Notes: generated from the letters alone by a model not told the origin. 64,000 bases of DNA from a virus (IMGVR_UViG_3300028888_000053:128001-192000), one strand, 5' to 3'; numbered from the stretch's first letter, positions 1 through 8,742 are shown. Made by a program: numbers and translations.

Positions 1-203
1 CCAAGGGTGAAAGGAGTATTTTACAAGGTTTCGAGTAGTGTTTGCAAGTTTTCTAAACTTGTCTGGATGTTGCCTACTTCTGGAGACAGGAGTGTGTTTA
101 TTGGCGATAGTCAAGAAAATGGTAATCGGTGTTGGTCAAGACTCAGCCACACGGTCAGGCTTCTCGTGAGGGAGTGATGGGTTCGAATCCCACAAGCCTA
201 CAA
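1..203 (+). ncRNA. 3' part of a structured non-coding RNA ending in a tRNA-like T-arm (5' end outside window)
   Basis: Hairpins CAAGTTT/AAACTTG, ACTTCTG-GAGA-CAGGAGT, TTGGC-GATA-GTCAA and TTCTC-GTGA-GGGAG, then TGGG-TTCGAAT-CCCA; no long ORF. Confidence 0.4.
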
Positions 204-249
204 CAAACTTTTAAAACCTAGTCCTGTAGAGGTTAAGGCTCGAGAAAAG

Positions 250-624
250 ATGAAAATGACAATTGAAGAAGTGCGTAGAGGAATGGCTGGTAGTGATTTC
301 GACATCGATAAGAATCGATATTACGATGAAGAAGAGGAACAACATCTCTGCCAACAAAAAGAGACAGAAGATAAGTGGAGTGATAGATTTCCGAACATTA
401 CGTTTTGGATTGTCGAACTTCAATATCGAAGTGCTGATTTACCTCCATATATATGGGCATTGTGCCGTGTATTCTTAAGTAAATCGCAAGCAATTGCGTT
501 TGCAAAGGAATTAAAGAACAAGTACAATGACATTCGTATTCGTTGCCAGAAGAACTTGAGACAACCAAAAACTGTATACAAGGTTCTGGATGACGGAACT
601 GTAGAAAAAATAAAGGAGGCCTGA
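250..624 (+). CDS. hypothetical early protein
   Basis: 124-aa ORF followed by a terminator. Confidence 0.7.
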   Translation: MKMTIEEVRRGMAGSDFDIDKNRYYDEEEEQHLCQQKETEDKWSDRFPNITFWIVELQYRSADLPPYIWALCRVFLSKSQAIAFAKELKNKYNDIRIRCQKNLRQPKTVYKVLDDGTVEKIKEA

Positions 625-642
625 TTAGGTCTCCTTTTTTTT
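612..642 (+). terminator. intrinsic terminator
   Basis: AAAGGAGGCCT/AGGTCTCCTTT stem plus T run. Confidence 0.75.
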
Positions 643-671
643 AAATAATTTCAAATCAAACAAAAAAAACA

Positions 672-995
672 ATGGAAAAGAAGAACAAGCAAAAATTGTT
701 GTTCGTGGTTAGGAATCACGGAAACAGCGTGGACGTGTACAACCGTTCAATTTTGGGAGTATTCAGTACTGCTGAAAAGGCAGCTGAAGCAACAAAACGA
801 CAGATGAAAATCGCCAAAAAGGGTGGACATGAGATCTACCCTGAGGTGAAGGTTTGTCGCCTGAACCTCGGTGGTTACATGGGTTGTTCTGCATTCTCTA
901 TTAAAGAGATGCTTGAAGACCCTAAGGCCTTCACTAAGAAGGTAAGAGAGTGGAATACCTGGAACTGTGAAATCTTTGACAAGTTTCAGTTATGA
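672..995 (+). CDS. hypothetical early protein
   Basis: 107-aa ORF with A-rich Bacteroidota-type leader. Confidence 0.7.
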   Translation: MEKKNKQKLLFVVRNHGNSVDVYNRSILGVFSTAEKAAEATKRQMKIAKKGGHEIYPEVKVCRLNLGGYMGCSAFSIKEMLEDPKAFTKKVREWNTWNCEIFDKFQL

Positions 996-1294
996 AGATT
1001 TCCATTCCACAACAGATGCTTCAAATTCCTCAGGAAAAAGAAGCGTTCGTGATGGGTCTCCTCAAGGCCCAAGGTATTGAATTTTATGTTGAGAAGAAAG
1101 TAAAGTATCTCAAAGAGATACCATTTTCTACTCGCGTAAAATATATCCTTCGTGAACTCCAGTTGGATCAAATTCGTGTTGTTGATTTCGTGGCTGTTAT
1201 GCCTCGAAAGAACTTCCGTAAGATTCGAATGGCTGGACCGAAGTCAGAAAAAGAGATCGAGAACTACTTAAAGCTGTTAGGCTATGAGTGGTGA
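992..1294 (+). CDS. stand-alone RNA polymerase alpha C-terminal-domain-like protein
   Basis: FSTRVKYIL...IRVVDF...KIRMAGPKSEKEIENYLKLLG matches the alphaCTD pattern S.R...L...I..D...K...G.KS..EI...L...G. Confidence 0.6.
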   Translation: MKISIPQQMLQIPQEKEAFVMGLLKAQGIEFYVEKKVKYLKEIPFSTRVKYILRELQLDQIRVVDFVAVMPRKNFRKIRMAGPKSEKEIENYLKLLGYEW

Positions 1295-1418
1295 TCTTTT
1301 TATAGACCATAGTTAGATGGGTTAAGTTAAGTGGTTTGCCGATCCTGTTACTAATTAGTCGCAATACAGGACTATATTCCTAAAAACGTGAGAGGAATAT
1401 TTTTTTGCACCATTTAGT

Positions 1419-1550
1419 ATTATTTTTGGTAATTTTTGCCTGAGATGACATTATTTTAAGTGGTTTTTGCCTGAAATGATATTATTTTTTAATATTCGTG
1501 CCTGAGGGAACATTATTTTGGGTAATTTTTGCCTGAGGGAACATTATTTT
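1419..1550. repeat. 31-bp tandem repeat array (iteron-like), about 4.3 units
   Basis: GCCTGA at 1438, 1469, 1500, 1531; ATTATTTT at 1419, 1450, 1481, 1512, 1543. Confidence 0.9.
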
Positions 1551-1553
1551 AAA

Positions 1554-3311
1554 TCAAATTGTTAATGCTAAGTTGTAACCACGTACAGTTTTATTTGCTA
1601 TTTTTTTAACAACTTGTTCAACCTTATACTCATGACATTCTTCTATTAAGGCTGCTTTTGGTTTTAATATCTGTATATTATGTCGTCTAAATGCATTAGC
1701 AAAAATTGTTTTTAAAGTAGAAGTTGCAACAAAACCTTCTTTGAAGATTTCTCTAAAGATAGTTGGTAATAGTCTTTTTTCATTTAATAACTATAACAAT
1801 TTATCTTTATTGTAATCTAAGGTTTCCATTTCTCCTGTAGTTACGTATTTACAAAGATCTTCGAACTCTGGATAATCTTCTAAAAATGATTCATCTTTAG
1901 TTCTTATGTATTCTTTAAGTAAAGTACTATAACTAACGCTTCTTGCTCTTTTTAAAGCGACTTCAAAGCTATCCCAATAGTGTTGCTTTAGTACATTAAA
2001 TTTAGAAGATCTCTTATAAGCATCTGTTATATGTAATCCATTCATATATGATTCACGTAACTTTTGTTTGTAAATTAAATATTGCTTTTTAAGCTCATTG
2101 TATTTAATTCCATCTTCTTCCATAGAAACAATGTCTGCTTCTAAGTCAAGACGCTTAGCAAGTAAAGCTAATTGCTTTTTTGTCATTTTAGCAGACATAT
2201 CAATTAATGTGTGAGCATCATCTTCTTTCTCTGCCATTTGTTCTTCAAACTCTTCTTTAGAAGGTAATATGGCATTGGTAGAGTATAAATGAATAAGTCT
2301 ATCTCTAAAGATATTTTGATGCTTTTCATTAAAGCGAATTCTACCTGCGATTTGTTCCATTGTGGTTGATACATCTACTAAAGTATATGTTTTCTTTGCA
2401 TCTGACACTACTATCATTAATCCGTTGTCAGTAAATAGATTACAACCTTGGAAACACTTTTTAGTAAAGAAATTCAATGTCTTATTTGGAGCTGAAACAG
2501 ATTCTATTTCATATCCATTTAATAAGTATCGATTATAAGATTTATCTGCACAACAAATTTTTACTAAGTCTGGATCTAATTTTAATGTATCACAGACTTG
2601 ACGAATACTCTTAACAGAATTAAAGAAAATATATAATTCTCTTACGTTGTGCTGTTTTCCATCTACTCCTTGTAAAGATAAACCATGTTCTAAAAATTGT
2701 TCAATTATCTTTGCTAAAGTACCAGTGACATTCGGAACTTTATAACGCATTGGTGTTAATTTAATGGTATTATCCCATTTTATTCTATAGTGTGGTAATT
2801 TATTTAGAAATTCTATTTCTAAAGTATCATCAATAGGAGTTGCAGATAAAAAAGTATAATGATTGTAACGTGATACAGTATTCATTAAACTTTCAATGGC
2901 TGATTGACGAAAATCCATATCTTCTAAAATAAGATGGTATTCGTCTATTAGTACTTTATATTCTAATATTTCAGAACCAAGCCATTTAGTAAGTTTTTCG
3001 AAACTATCATAAGTAACTGCAATTTTACGCATGCCAGGATTCATTTCTAGATAGTAATTCAATTCGAATTTTTTAAAGCCTTTATAACCTTTAAAAACTT
3101 CATACTTATTATTCTTATCTTCCGCAATACTATCTATTAAATCAACAAACGGACATACTATAATGTATTTACAATCACAATTGGCAGCTAAATAAGTTGC
3201 ACCAACATCGGTTTTGACTTTATTTAATACTCCATGAGGAAGTCCATGTTCAAAACCATGAATTTCGCTAACATAACGAGCACCTTTCGAATCAATTTCT
3301 CTATATTCCAT
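1554..3311 (-). CDS. SF2 helicase-like putative origin-binding/replication initiator protein, 585 aa with TAG(1791-1793) read as Gln
   Basis: Motifs KTDVGAT, LIDEYH, LSATP, FQGCN, QIAGRIR; frame stays open 78 codons past the TAG to a TGA at 1554-1556; flanked by repeat arrays. Confidence 0.75.
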
Positions 3312-3398
3312 ATTACATTAAAATTAAATTATTAATACTAGTGCAATTATAATATAGAGATATATAGAAATCAAATAAATTAAAGAAATAGTAAAAAA

Positions 3399-3781
3399 GT
3401 TACATTTTTTTGTTCGTATAGTGAAAAATTTCCGTAAAAATGTAACCTTGGCTTTTAATTCATTTATTTTAAATTAGTTATAACACAGACCTAATTTTGC
3501 TGAAAAAAGGTTACATTTTTTTGTTCGTATAGTGAAAAGTTTCCGTAAAAATGTAACCTATATTTCAATGATTGATTTTATAAATATTAAACTTTATATC
3601 TTATTTATTTAATAATAAAAAAGGTAACATTTTTTTGTTCGTATAGTGAAAAATTTCCGTAAAAATGTTACACATACTATTAATTACTTGGTTTTTAGGT
3701 ATTTATACTAAGAATGTAATTTTGCTGAAAAAGGTTACATTTTTTTAACCGTATAAGTAAATTTATCCGTAAAAATGTAAC
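3399..3781. repeat. four 48-bp palindrome-ended repeats with 62-66 bp AT-rich spacers (candidate replication origin)
   Basis: GTTACATTTTTTTGTTCGTATAGTGAAAAATTTCCGTAAAAATGTAAC-like units at 3399, 3510, 3624, 3734. Confidence 0.9.
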
Positions 3782-3794
3782 CATCAATATATAT

Positions 3795-3868
3795 CGCGGA
3801 GTGGAGCAGTGGTAGCTCGCTTGTCTCATAAGCAAGAGGTCGTGGGTTCGAGTCCCACCCTTCCGCAA
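3795..3868 (+). tRNA. tRNA-Met(CAT), initiator-like (C1:A72 mismatch)
   Basis: Anticodon arm CTTGT-CTCATAA-GCAAG, T-arm GTGGG-TTCGAGT-CCCAC; two extra C before the acceptor 3' strand. Confidence 0.85.
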
Positions 3869-3872
3869 CTAT

Positions 3873-4016
3873 AGAGGAGTAGCTCAACTGATAGAGCGTA
3901 GCATTTTAAATTATACAAATAGTGTCGAAGCCAGACATCAGTACTATTGTAACAAAATATCATGTAGATGTGATAAGTTAATGCTAAGGTTATAGGTTTG
4001 AATCCTATCTCTTCAA
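3873..4016 (+). tRNA. tRNA-Lys(TTT) interrupted by a 71-nt insertion (3907-3977) between positions 34 and 35
   Basis: Removing 3907-3977 gives TAGCA-TTTTTAA-TGCTA and an intact cloverleaf; the insert ends in G. Confidence 0.75.
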
Positions 4017-4020
4017 CTAT

Positions 4021-4093
4021 AGAGTAGTAGTTCAGTTGGTAGAATGCTTGGTTTGGGACCAAGTGGTCGCCCGTTCGAGTCGGGTCTACTCTA
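4021..4093 (+). tRNA. tRNA-Pro(TGG)
   Basis: Canonical cloverleaf; anticodon arm CTTGG-TTTGGGA-CCAAG. Confidence 0.95.
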
Positions 4094-4217
4094 CGTGTCC
4101 TATTGTTTTTTTTGTTTATTTATTATTTACTATGTTGTTAAACTTGCCTTCTACAGTCTGAGAGAGATAGTAGAAGGTTTCTTTAGAAACTATTTATTAA
4201 CCCAAAATACAAACAAA

Positions 4218-4424
4218 ATGGAAAAGTTAAAGAGCAAGCCCATACTCGTAGCAATACGTAAGGGTACCTGCGTCTTTGAAGGCGCAGAAGGCGAAACTTA
4301 TTTCGCAACATCACGTGTAGCTAATGACATCGTTAACGGAGTAAAAGACATCTTCGTTAATCGTAATGTCGAAGTAAATGGTCACTCTATAGGTGACTGG
4401 TTAGCAACTCCTTCACGGTTCTAA
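4218..4424 (+). CDS. hypothetical protein
   Basis: ATG at 4218 with A-rich leader; the upstream part of the track ORF overlaps tRNA-Pro. Confidence 0.65.
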   Translation: MEKLKSKPILVAIRKGTCVFEGAEGETYFATSRVANDIVNGVKDIFVNRNVEVNGHSIGDWLATPSRF

Positions 4425-4657
4425 TCATGGATAAGGTATCATCCTCACTGATTCTCGCGTTCTTTGTATTGTGTACACTACTCCAAGTGTATGCAATCAA
4501 AGACAACGAGAGTTGGTTCCTTCGCGCTTGGATAGGCGTAGAAGTAATATGCGAAATAATTATGGCCATCCTAATCATTATAGCATGAGCTGGAAATTTG
4601 TAGTATTTGGTATCATAGCTATACTTTGGGCTATTTACCGAGAAGATCATACATCCG

Positions 4658-4903
4658 ATGAAGAGCGTAGAAATATCTGGCGTTAAATGCGTATATTATA
4701 TTAATAAGGTAAGCGACTTATCTTATGATATTAATATATGTGTTTCTCATAAACCGGAAGAACGTGTGGAATTTCACACCGAAGCACCACATCATATGAG
4801 AGAATTTAAAGGGAAGACCATGATTTACATCACTAAGGTGATTAAACAATGGGAAATTGATTCCTGGGTAAGAAAACAAGTGTTGAAAAAGTTTAAAAAT
4901 TGA
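4658..4903 (+). CDS. hypothetical protein
   Basis: 81-aa ORF. Confidence 0.55.
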   Translation: MKSVEISGVKCVYYINKVSDLSYDINICVSHKPEERVEFHTEAPHHMREFKGKTMIYITKVIKQWEIDSWVRKQVLKKFKN

Positions 4904-5536
4904 TAAATTAGGTTGAAAAATTAATAAATTAGGTTTTTAATTTTGCTTGAAGAAGGGAAAGAGGGAAGTGGTCAAACATCCCTCAATCCCTTTATTCATG
5001 CGGGTTTCAAGCATTTCTCCTCACCTTGTGTGACCGCCGCGCCCGCCGCGTTTTTTTTAACCTCCTATTTTTTCAAAATTTGACTTTTTAATATCTCGCC
5101 TAGAACCTATACTTCTGGCTGAAACTCATCATTAATTTTCCCTCGTTTTCTCTATTATCTTATCAGATATCTTCGAATTTCACCCTTCAACTACATTGAA
5201 CTTCCAATCCATTTGAAACCGAAAATTTTCGAAAATTTTTGAATTTTTTGACATGTTTTTTGAACAAATCATTAAGTATATCATTAAATTTTAAGAATTA
5301 TCTCGAATAATTTGGTTTATAATACTATTAGGATTATAATTATGAATTTTTTTGAAATTTTGCAAAACCACGTTGAATATATAGGTGAACACGTTTTTGT
5401 ACCTATTTTAGTGATATTAGCAATTATAGTAGGATTTCTATTGTCTTTAGCTTTAGCGTGGTTTCTTTTATTTCGTGTATACTGTATATTTAGCGGTGTT
5501 TGGAATTGGTTAAAAGATCAATAACATTTTAACATT

Positions 5537-6661
5537 ATGTTTAAAAAGATAACTAACAAGAAGGCTTTTCTCTGGTCTCCGACATTAGAAATGAATGAAG
5601 ATCAGATTAAAAGTTCGAAAGTAGACGATATAATCATTGCTGGTAATCATTTCAAGATGTACCACGATGACTGGAAGCATCACATACACATTAAATGTAC
5701 AGACAGATGTGACAGTAATTGTTCTTTTTGTATTGAGAAGAGTGAGAGGGATAATCCTCAAAACGTTAAGAATCTTTTAGAATCTTCTAAATTTATTCTC
5801 AAGACTTTGAATAATCAAGGCATGTTACGTACTGTTTCGATTACTGGTGGTGAGCCTATGATTTTTCCAAAGATTAACGAATTGATTGACATTATCAAGT
5901 CTTATAACATAATGTTATTGAGCATTAATACTAATGGTTATAACATTAACAAGTTACAGGATTTTGATGGTTGGATAAACATTTCCAAACATGCTATAGA
6001 TGATCGTGATGTCTTTAAGCGTGATTTTGTGATTACTCCTAAATACTTAATGCGGTTTAGGAAGACTCATCCTCATATAAAGATTAGGCTTCAATGCGTA
6101 TTAGGTACGAGTAATATATCCACCATCAATGATGTTTTCAAATTCATTGATTATTTTAAAGGTTATGTAGATGATTTTTCTTTTAGAAATTTGATCATAG
6201 ATGGTAAGGAGTCTTGTATTAACGATACGCTTTTAAGCTTGCGATATATATTATTTACATATCATGAGTTTGTTGAGCAAGTTATTCAGGACTATTATGT
6301 ATATGAAACATATATATATAATGGTATTCCTATTACCATTTCCTGGTCAAACATGAAAGAATTAATGAATTACAATGAGTCTCACAACAGTAATTTTCTT
6401 GAAGAGATTATAGTTCATCCTGATGGTATCATTTCTGGTTCTTGGAACAAGAAGTCATTAGTGATATACACTCCTAGTGATACTAAAGGCAATGAATATA
6501 TACCATGTTTAGGCAAGAATTGTGCTCAGAAGGAAAGCTGTCGTAGATATTGTGGTAATCAAGCGAAAAAGATTACTACAAAGCGTAAAAAACCAGTAGT
6601 AATACCGGCTGATTCTTGTCATTCAGCTGATAAACATTGGGGTGGTTCATCATGTTGGTAA
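5537..6661 (+). CDS. radical SAM protein
   Basis: CDSNCSFC (CxxxCxxC), ITGGEP and INTNG motifs. Confidence 0.9.
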   Translation: MFKKITNKKAFLWSPTLEMNEDQIKSSKVDDIIIAGNHFKMYHDDWKHHIHIKCTDRCDSNCSFCIEKSERDNPQNVKNLLESSKFILKTLNNQGMLRTVSITGGEPMIFPKINELIDIIKSYNIMLLSINTNGYNINKLQDFDGWINISKHAIDDRDVFKRDFVITPKYLMRFRKTHPHIKIRLQCVLGTSNISTINDVFKFIDYFKGYVDDFSFRNLIIDGKESCINDTLLSLRYILFTYHEFVEQVIQDYYVYETYIYNGIPITISWSNMKELMNYNESHNSNFLEEIIVHPDGIISGSWNKKSLVIYTPSDTKGNEYIPCLGKNCAQKESCRRYCGNQAKKITTKRKKPVVIPADSCHSADKHWGGSSCW

Positions 6662-6718
6662 TGATTATTTAACTTCTACTATTGATTCCTGTAATTTTTA
6701 AATTGATTTTTAAAAAAA

Positions 6719-6922
6719 ATGAAGAAGTTACTATTTTTCCTCTGTTTAGTATTTACCAGTTGTACTTCTTTTAAGGATATAACAATAGATTCTTGTGAAT
6801 ATCGTTATCGGTATGAAGAGAATTCACATCACAGTGAAGTCTATTTACTTCACAAGAAGAGTTGTAAGTATTGTGCTCAGAAGCGTCAGAAAGCATTACA
6901 AACATTAAAAAAGCAGTTATGA
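6719..6922 (+). CDS. small lipoprotein
   Basis: MKKLLFFLCLVFTSC lipobox. Confidence 0.6.
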   Translation: MKKLLFFLCLVFTSCTSFKDITIDSCEYRYRYEENSHHSEVYLLHKKSCKYCAQKRQKALQTLKKQL

Positions 6923-7106
6923 TACTTAACATATTTCTCATTACGATCCTAGTTATAATTTACTTATTTTTTGTAAGTTACATTGTAACTGGTTTGTTCA
7001 CTGGTAATGACTCGTGTCTTGACATTGCGGGTTATTTGATTTGCGGTTTATTATTTGGTATCATTTTAGGTCCTATGGCTTTAGCTATAGACATAAGGGA
7101 TAAGTT

Positions 7107-7361
7107 ATGGCAAGTTTAAAGGATGTATTATATCAAATGGCGCTTTTCAGTCTAATGTCTAATGACGTTTCTAATCGAAGAGAAGAAGTTGAGCGTCAAA
7201 ACGAACGACTGAAAGCATGGAAAAAAGCTCAGAATTTACGGATTCAAAAGCTTAACAAAGATCATAGACCGAAACAAGTATTTTCCATACATGGCATTAA
7301 AATTGAGGCGAAGAGTCGTAAGGATGCCATAAAGATTTACATGTTTCAGTTGAAACAATAA
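7107..7361 (+). CDS. hypothetical protein
   Basis: 84-aa ORF. Confidence 0.6.
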   Translation: MASLKDVLYQMALFSLMSNDVSNRREEVERQNERLKAWKKAQNLRIQKLNKDHRPKQVFSIHGIKIEAKSRKDAIKIYMFQLKQ

Positions 7362-7444
7362 TAGTGATAATGTTAATTAGCTCTTTTGGGGGCTAATGCC
7401 CCCGTTGTCTTTTAAATCATAAAAGATAATTTTAAAGTTTTTGG

Positions 7445-7479
7445 GAAGGTTCGTTGTGATAACGAGCCTTCTTTTTTTT
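7445..7479 (+). terminator. intrinsic terminator
   Basis: GAAGGTTCGTT/AACGAGCCTTC stem plus T8. Confidence 0.75.
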
Positions 7480-7485
7480 ACTATT

Positions 7486-7965
7486 ATGGAGAAATATTTT
7501 ATTATTCGTGCAAACGAATGGTGTCTATATTGGATTAAAGGCACAATAAAAGATTTGGAGTTATTTTTAAAGTCTTTAAATATTAATATTAAGACTTATA
7601 AAAGTATTAACTATCATGATATGCATTTGATTTATAATCAAAAGATTATCACTGAGGTTACTGCTTTGGGTTATAATTCCGATTTGTATGAAGAGTTGAA
7701 AAAAGAAATCTCAACAAGATTGATTAATATAAATAGGGAGGCTTATAGCTGGCATAAAGACAAGTTAGAAGATACTTTGCATGCTGTTTGCGATCATGTT
7801 CCTGTTAAGTCTAATAGAATTGATATTTTAGTTAGTGATGGTAAGGAATATGAATTACCTCCTAATCATTTTTGTGGTAGAAGAACATTCATAAAATTCT
7901 CTGACGTTGATTTAGCTGAGTTTAAAAGACGTGTTAGAGATGTTGGTTATATAGAATTATGTTAA
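7486..7965 (+). CDS. hypothetical protein
   Basis: ATG at 7486 just downstream of the terminator. Confidence 0.65.
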   Translation: MEKYFIIRANEWCLYWIKGTIKDLELFLKSLNINIKTYKSINYHDMHLIYNQKIITEVTALGYNSDLYEELKKEISTRLININREAYSWHKDKLEDTLHAVCDHVPVKSNRIDILVSDGKEYELPPNHFCGRRTFIKFSDVDLAEFKRRVRDVGYIELC

Positions 7966-8213
7966 AAGTTGGTGATAAAGTCAAAATCAAGGATCGTGAA
8001 TCACTTATAGAATTACGAAATTCTGGTTTTCCGATACCTATCTCTATGTTAAGACATAGCGGTAAAACGTATACTATTACAGAACGTGGTAAACAAAGAC
8101 AGACACGATTTGGAGATGGTTATTGCTATGTTTTAGACACTCCATTAAGATGGTTTTGGAGTAATGTATGTTTTGAAGATCCACAAGAATCATTAATAAT
8201 AAATTTTGTATGA
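7959..8213 (+). CDS. SH3/KOW-like paralog 1 (tail LIINFV)
   Basis: KVGDKVKIK...SGK..TI...Y.L...WFWSN. Confidence 0.75.
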   Translation: MLKVGDKVKIKDRESLIELRNSGFPIPISMLRHSGKTYTITERGKQRQTRFGDGYCYVLDTPLRWFWSNVCFEDPQESLIINFV

Positions 8214-8518
8214 AAGTAGGAGATAAAGTCAGGATTAAGGATCTAGAAGCCTTATATAATGGTAATATTGCCATTCCTTTCGGTATTAATCCTGAAATGT
8301 TTCAATATTCTGGTCAGATTGCAACCATTACAAATATTGCTGAGAACACATATCATCCAGAAGATTTTTCATCAGAATTACAATCTGATGGTTGTTTCTA
8401 TTATTTAAGTTTTGGTAGAAATTGGTCTTGGTCAAATCCAATGTTTGAATTAGTTGATTCGGATGAAGATTCTATCAAGGAAACTAAACCGAAACAAATA
8501 ACTATTAATTTTGTATGA
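8210..8518 (+). CDS. SH3/KOW-like paralog 2 (tail ITINFV)
   Basis: KVGDKVRIKD; ATGA coupling. Confidence 0.75.
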   Translation: MKVGDKVRIKDLEALYNGNIAIPFGINPEMFQYSGQIATITNIAENTYHPEDFSSELQSDGCFYYLSFGRNWSWSNPMFELVDSDEDSIKETKPKQITINFV

Positions 8519-8742
8519 TGGACATTGGTGATAAAGTAAAAGTTAAGGACTTACATGAAGTATATCATGGTTTTAATTTATCTGATTGGTTTTCGTCTTT
8601 ATCAGGTACCATCGGAGAAATTGAAGAAGAATATATTTTTGGTGAAGACAAAGTTTATAAGCTTAGTGGTTTAAATTGTTATTTTCCAGAAAGAGCATTA
8701 GAACCAATAGAAGCTAAACAATCATTAATATCATTTGTATGA
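8515..8742 (+). CDS. SH3/KOW-like paralog 3 (tail LISFV)
   Basis: DIGDKVKVKD; ATGA coupling. Confidence 0.75.
   Translation: MMDIGDKVKVKDLHEVYHGFNLSDWFSSLSGTIGEIEEEYIFGEDKVYKLSGLNCYFPERALEPIEAKQSLISFV

Noticed and set aside
1-203. tmRNA 3' end
   Set aside because: The acceptor 3' strand lacks the U70 of the Ala G3.U70 pair and a CCA end; no tag reading frame is recognisable.
3399-3781. CRISPR array (repeats start GTT and end AAC)
   Set aside because: Spacers are 62-66 bp, very AT-rich and partly similar to each other, and no cas genes are present; an origin or structural repeat fits better.
3826-4217. Track ORFs 3826..4062(-) and the 5' part of 4044..4424
   Set aside because: They overlap tRNA genes and are shadow frames.
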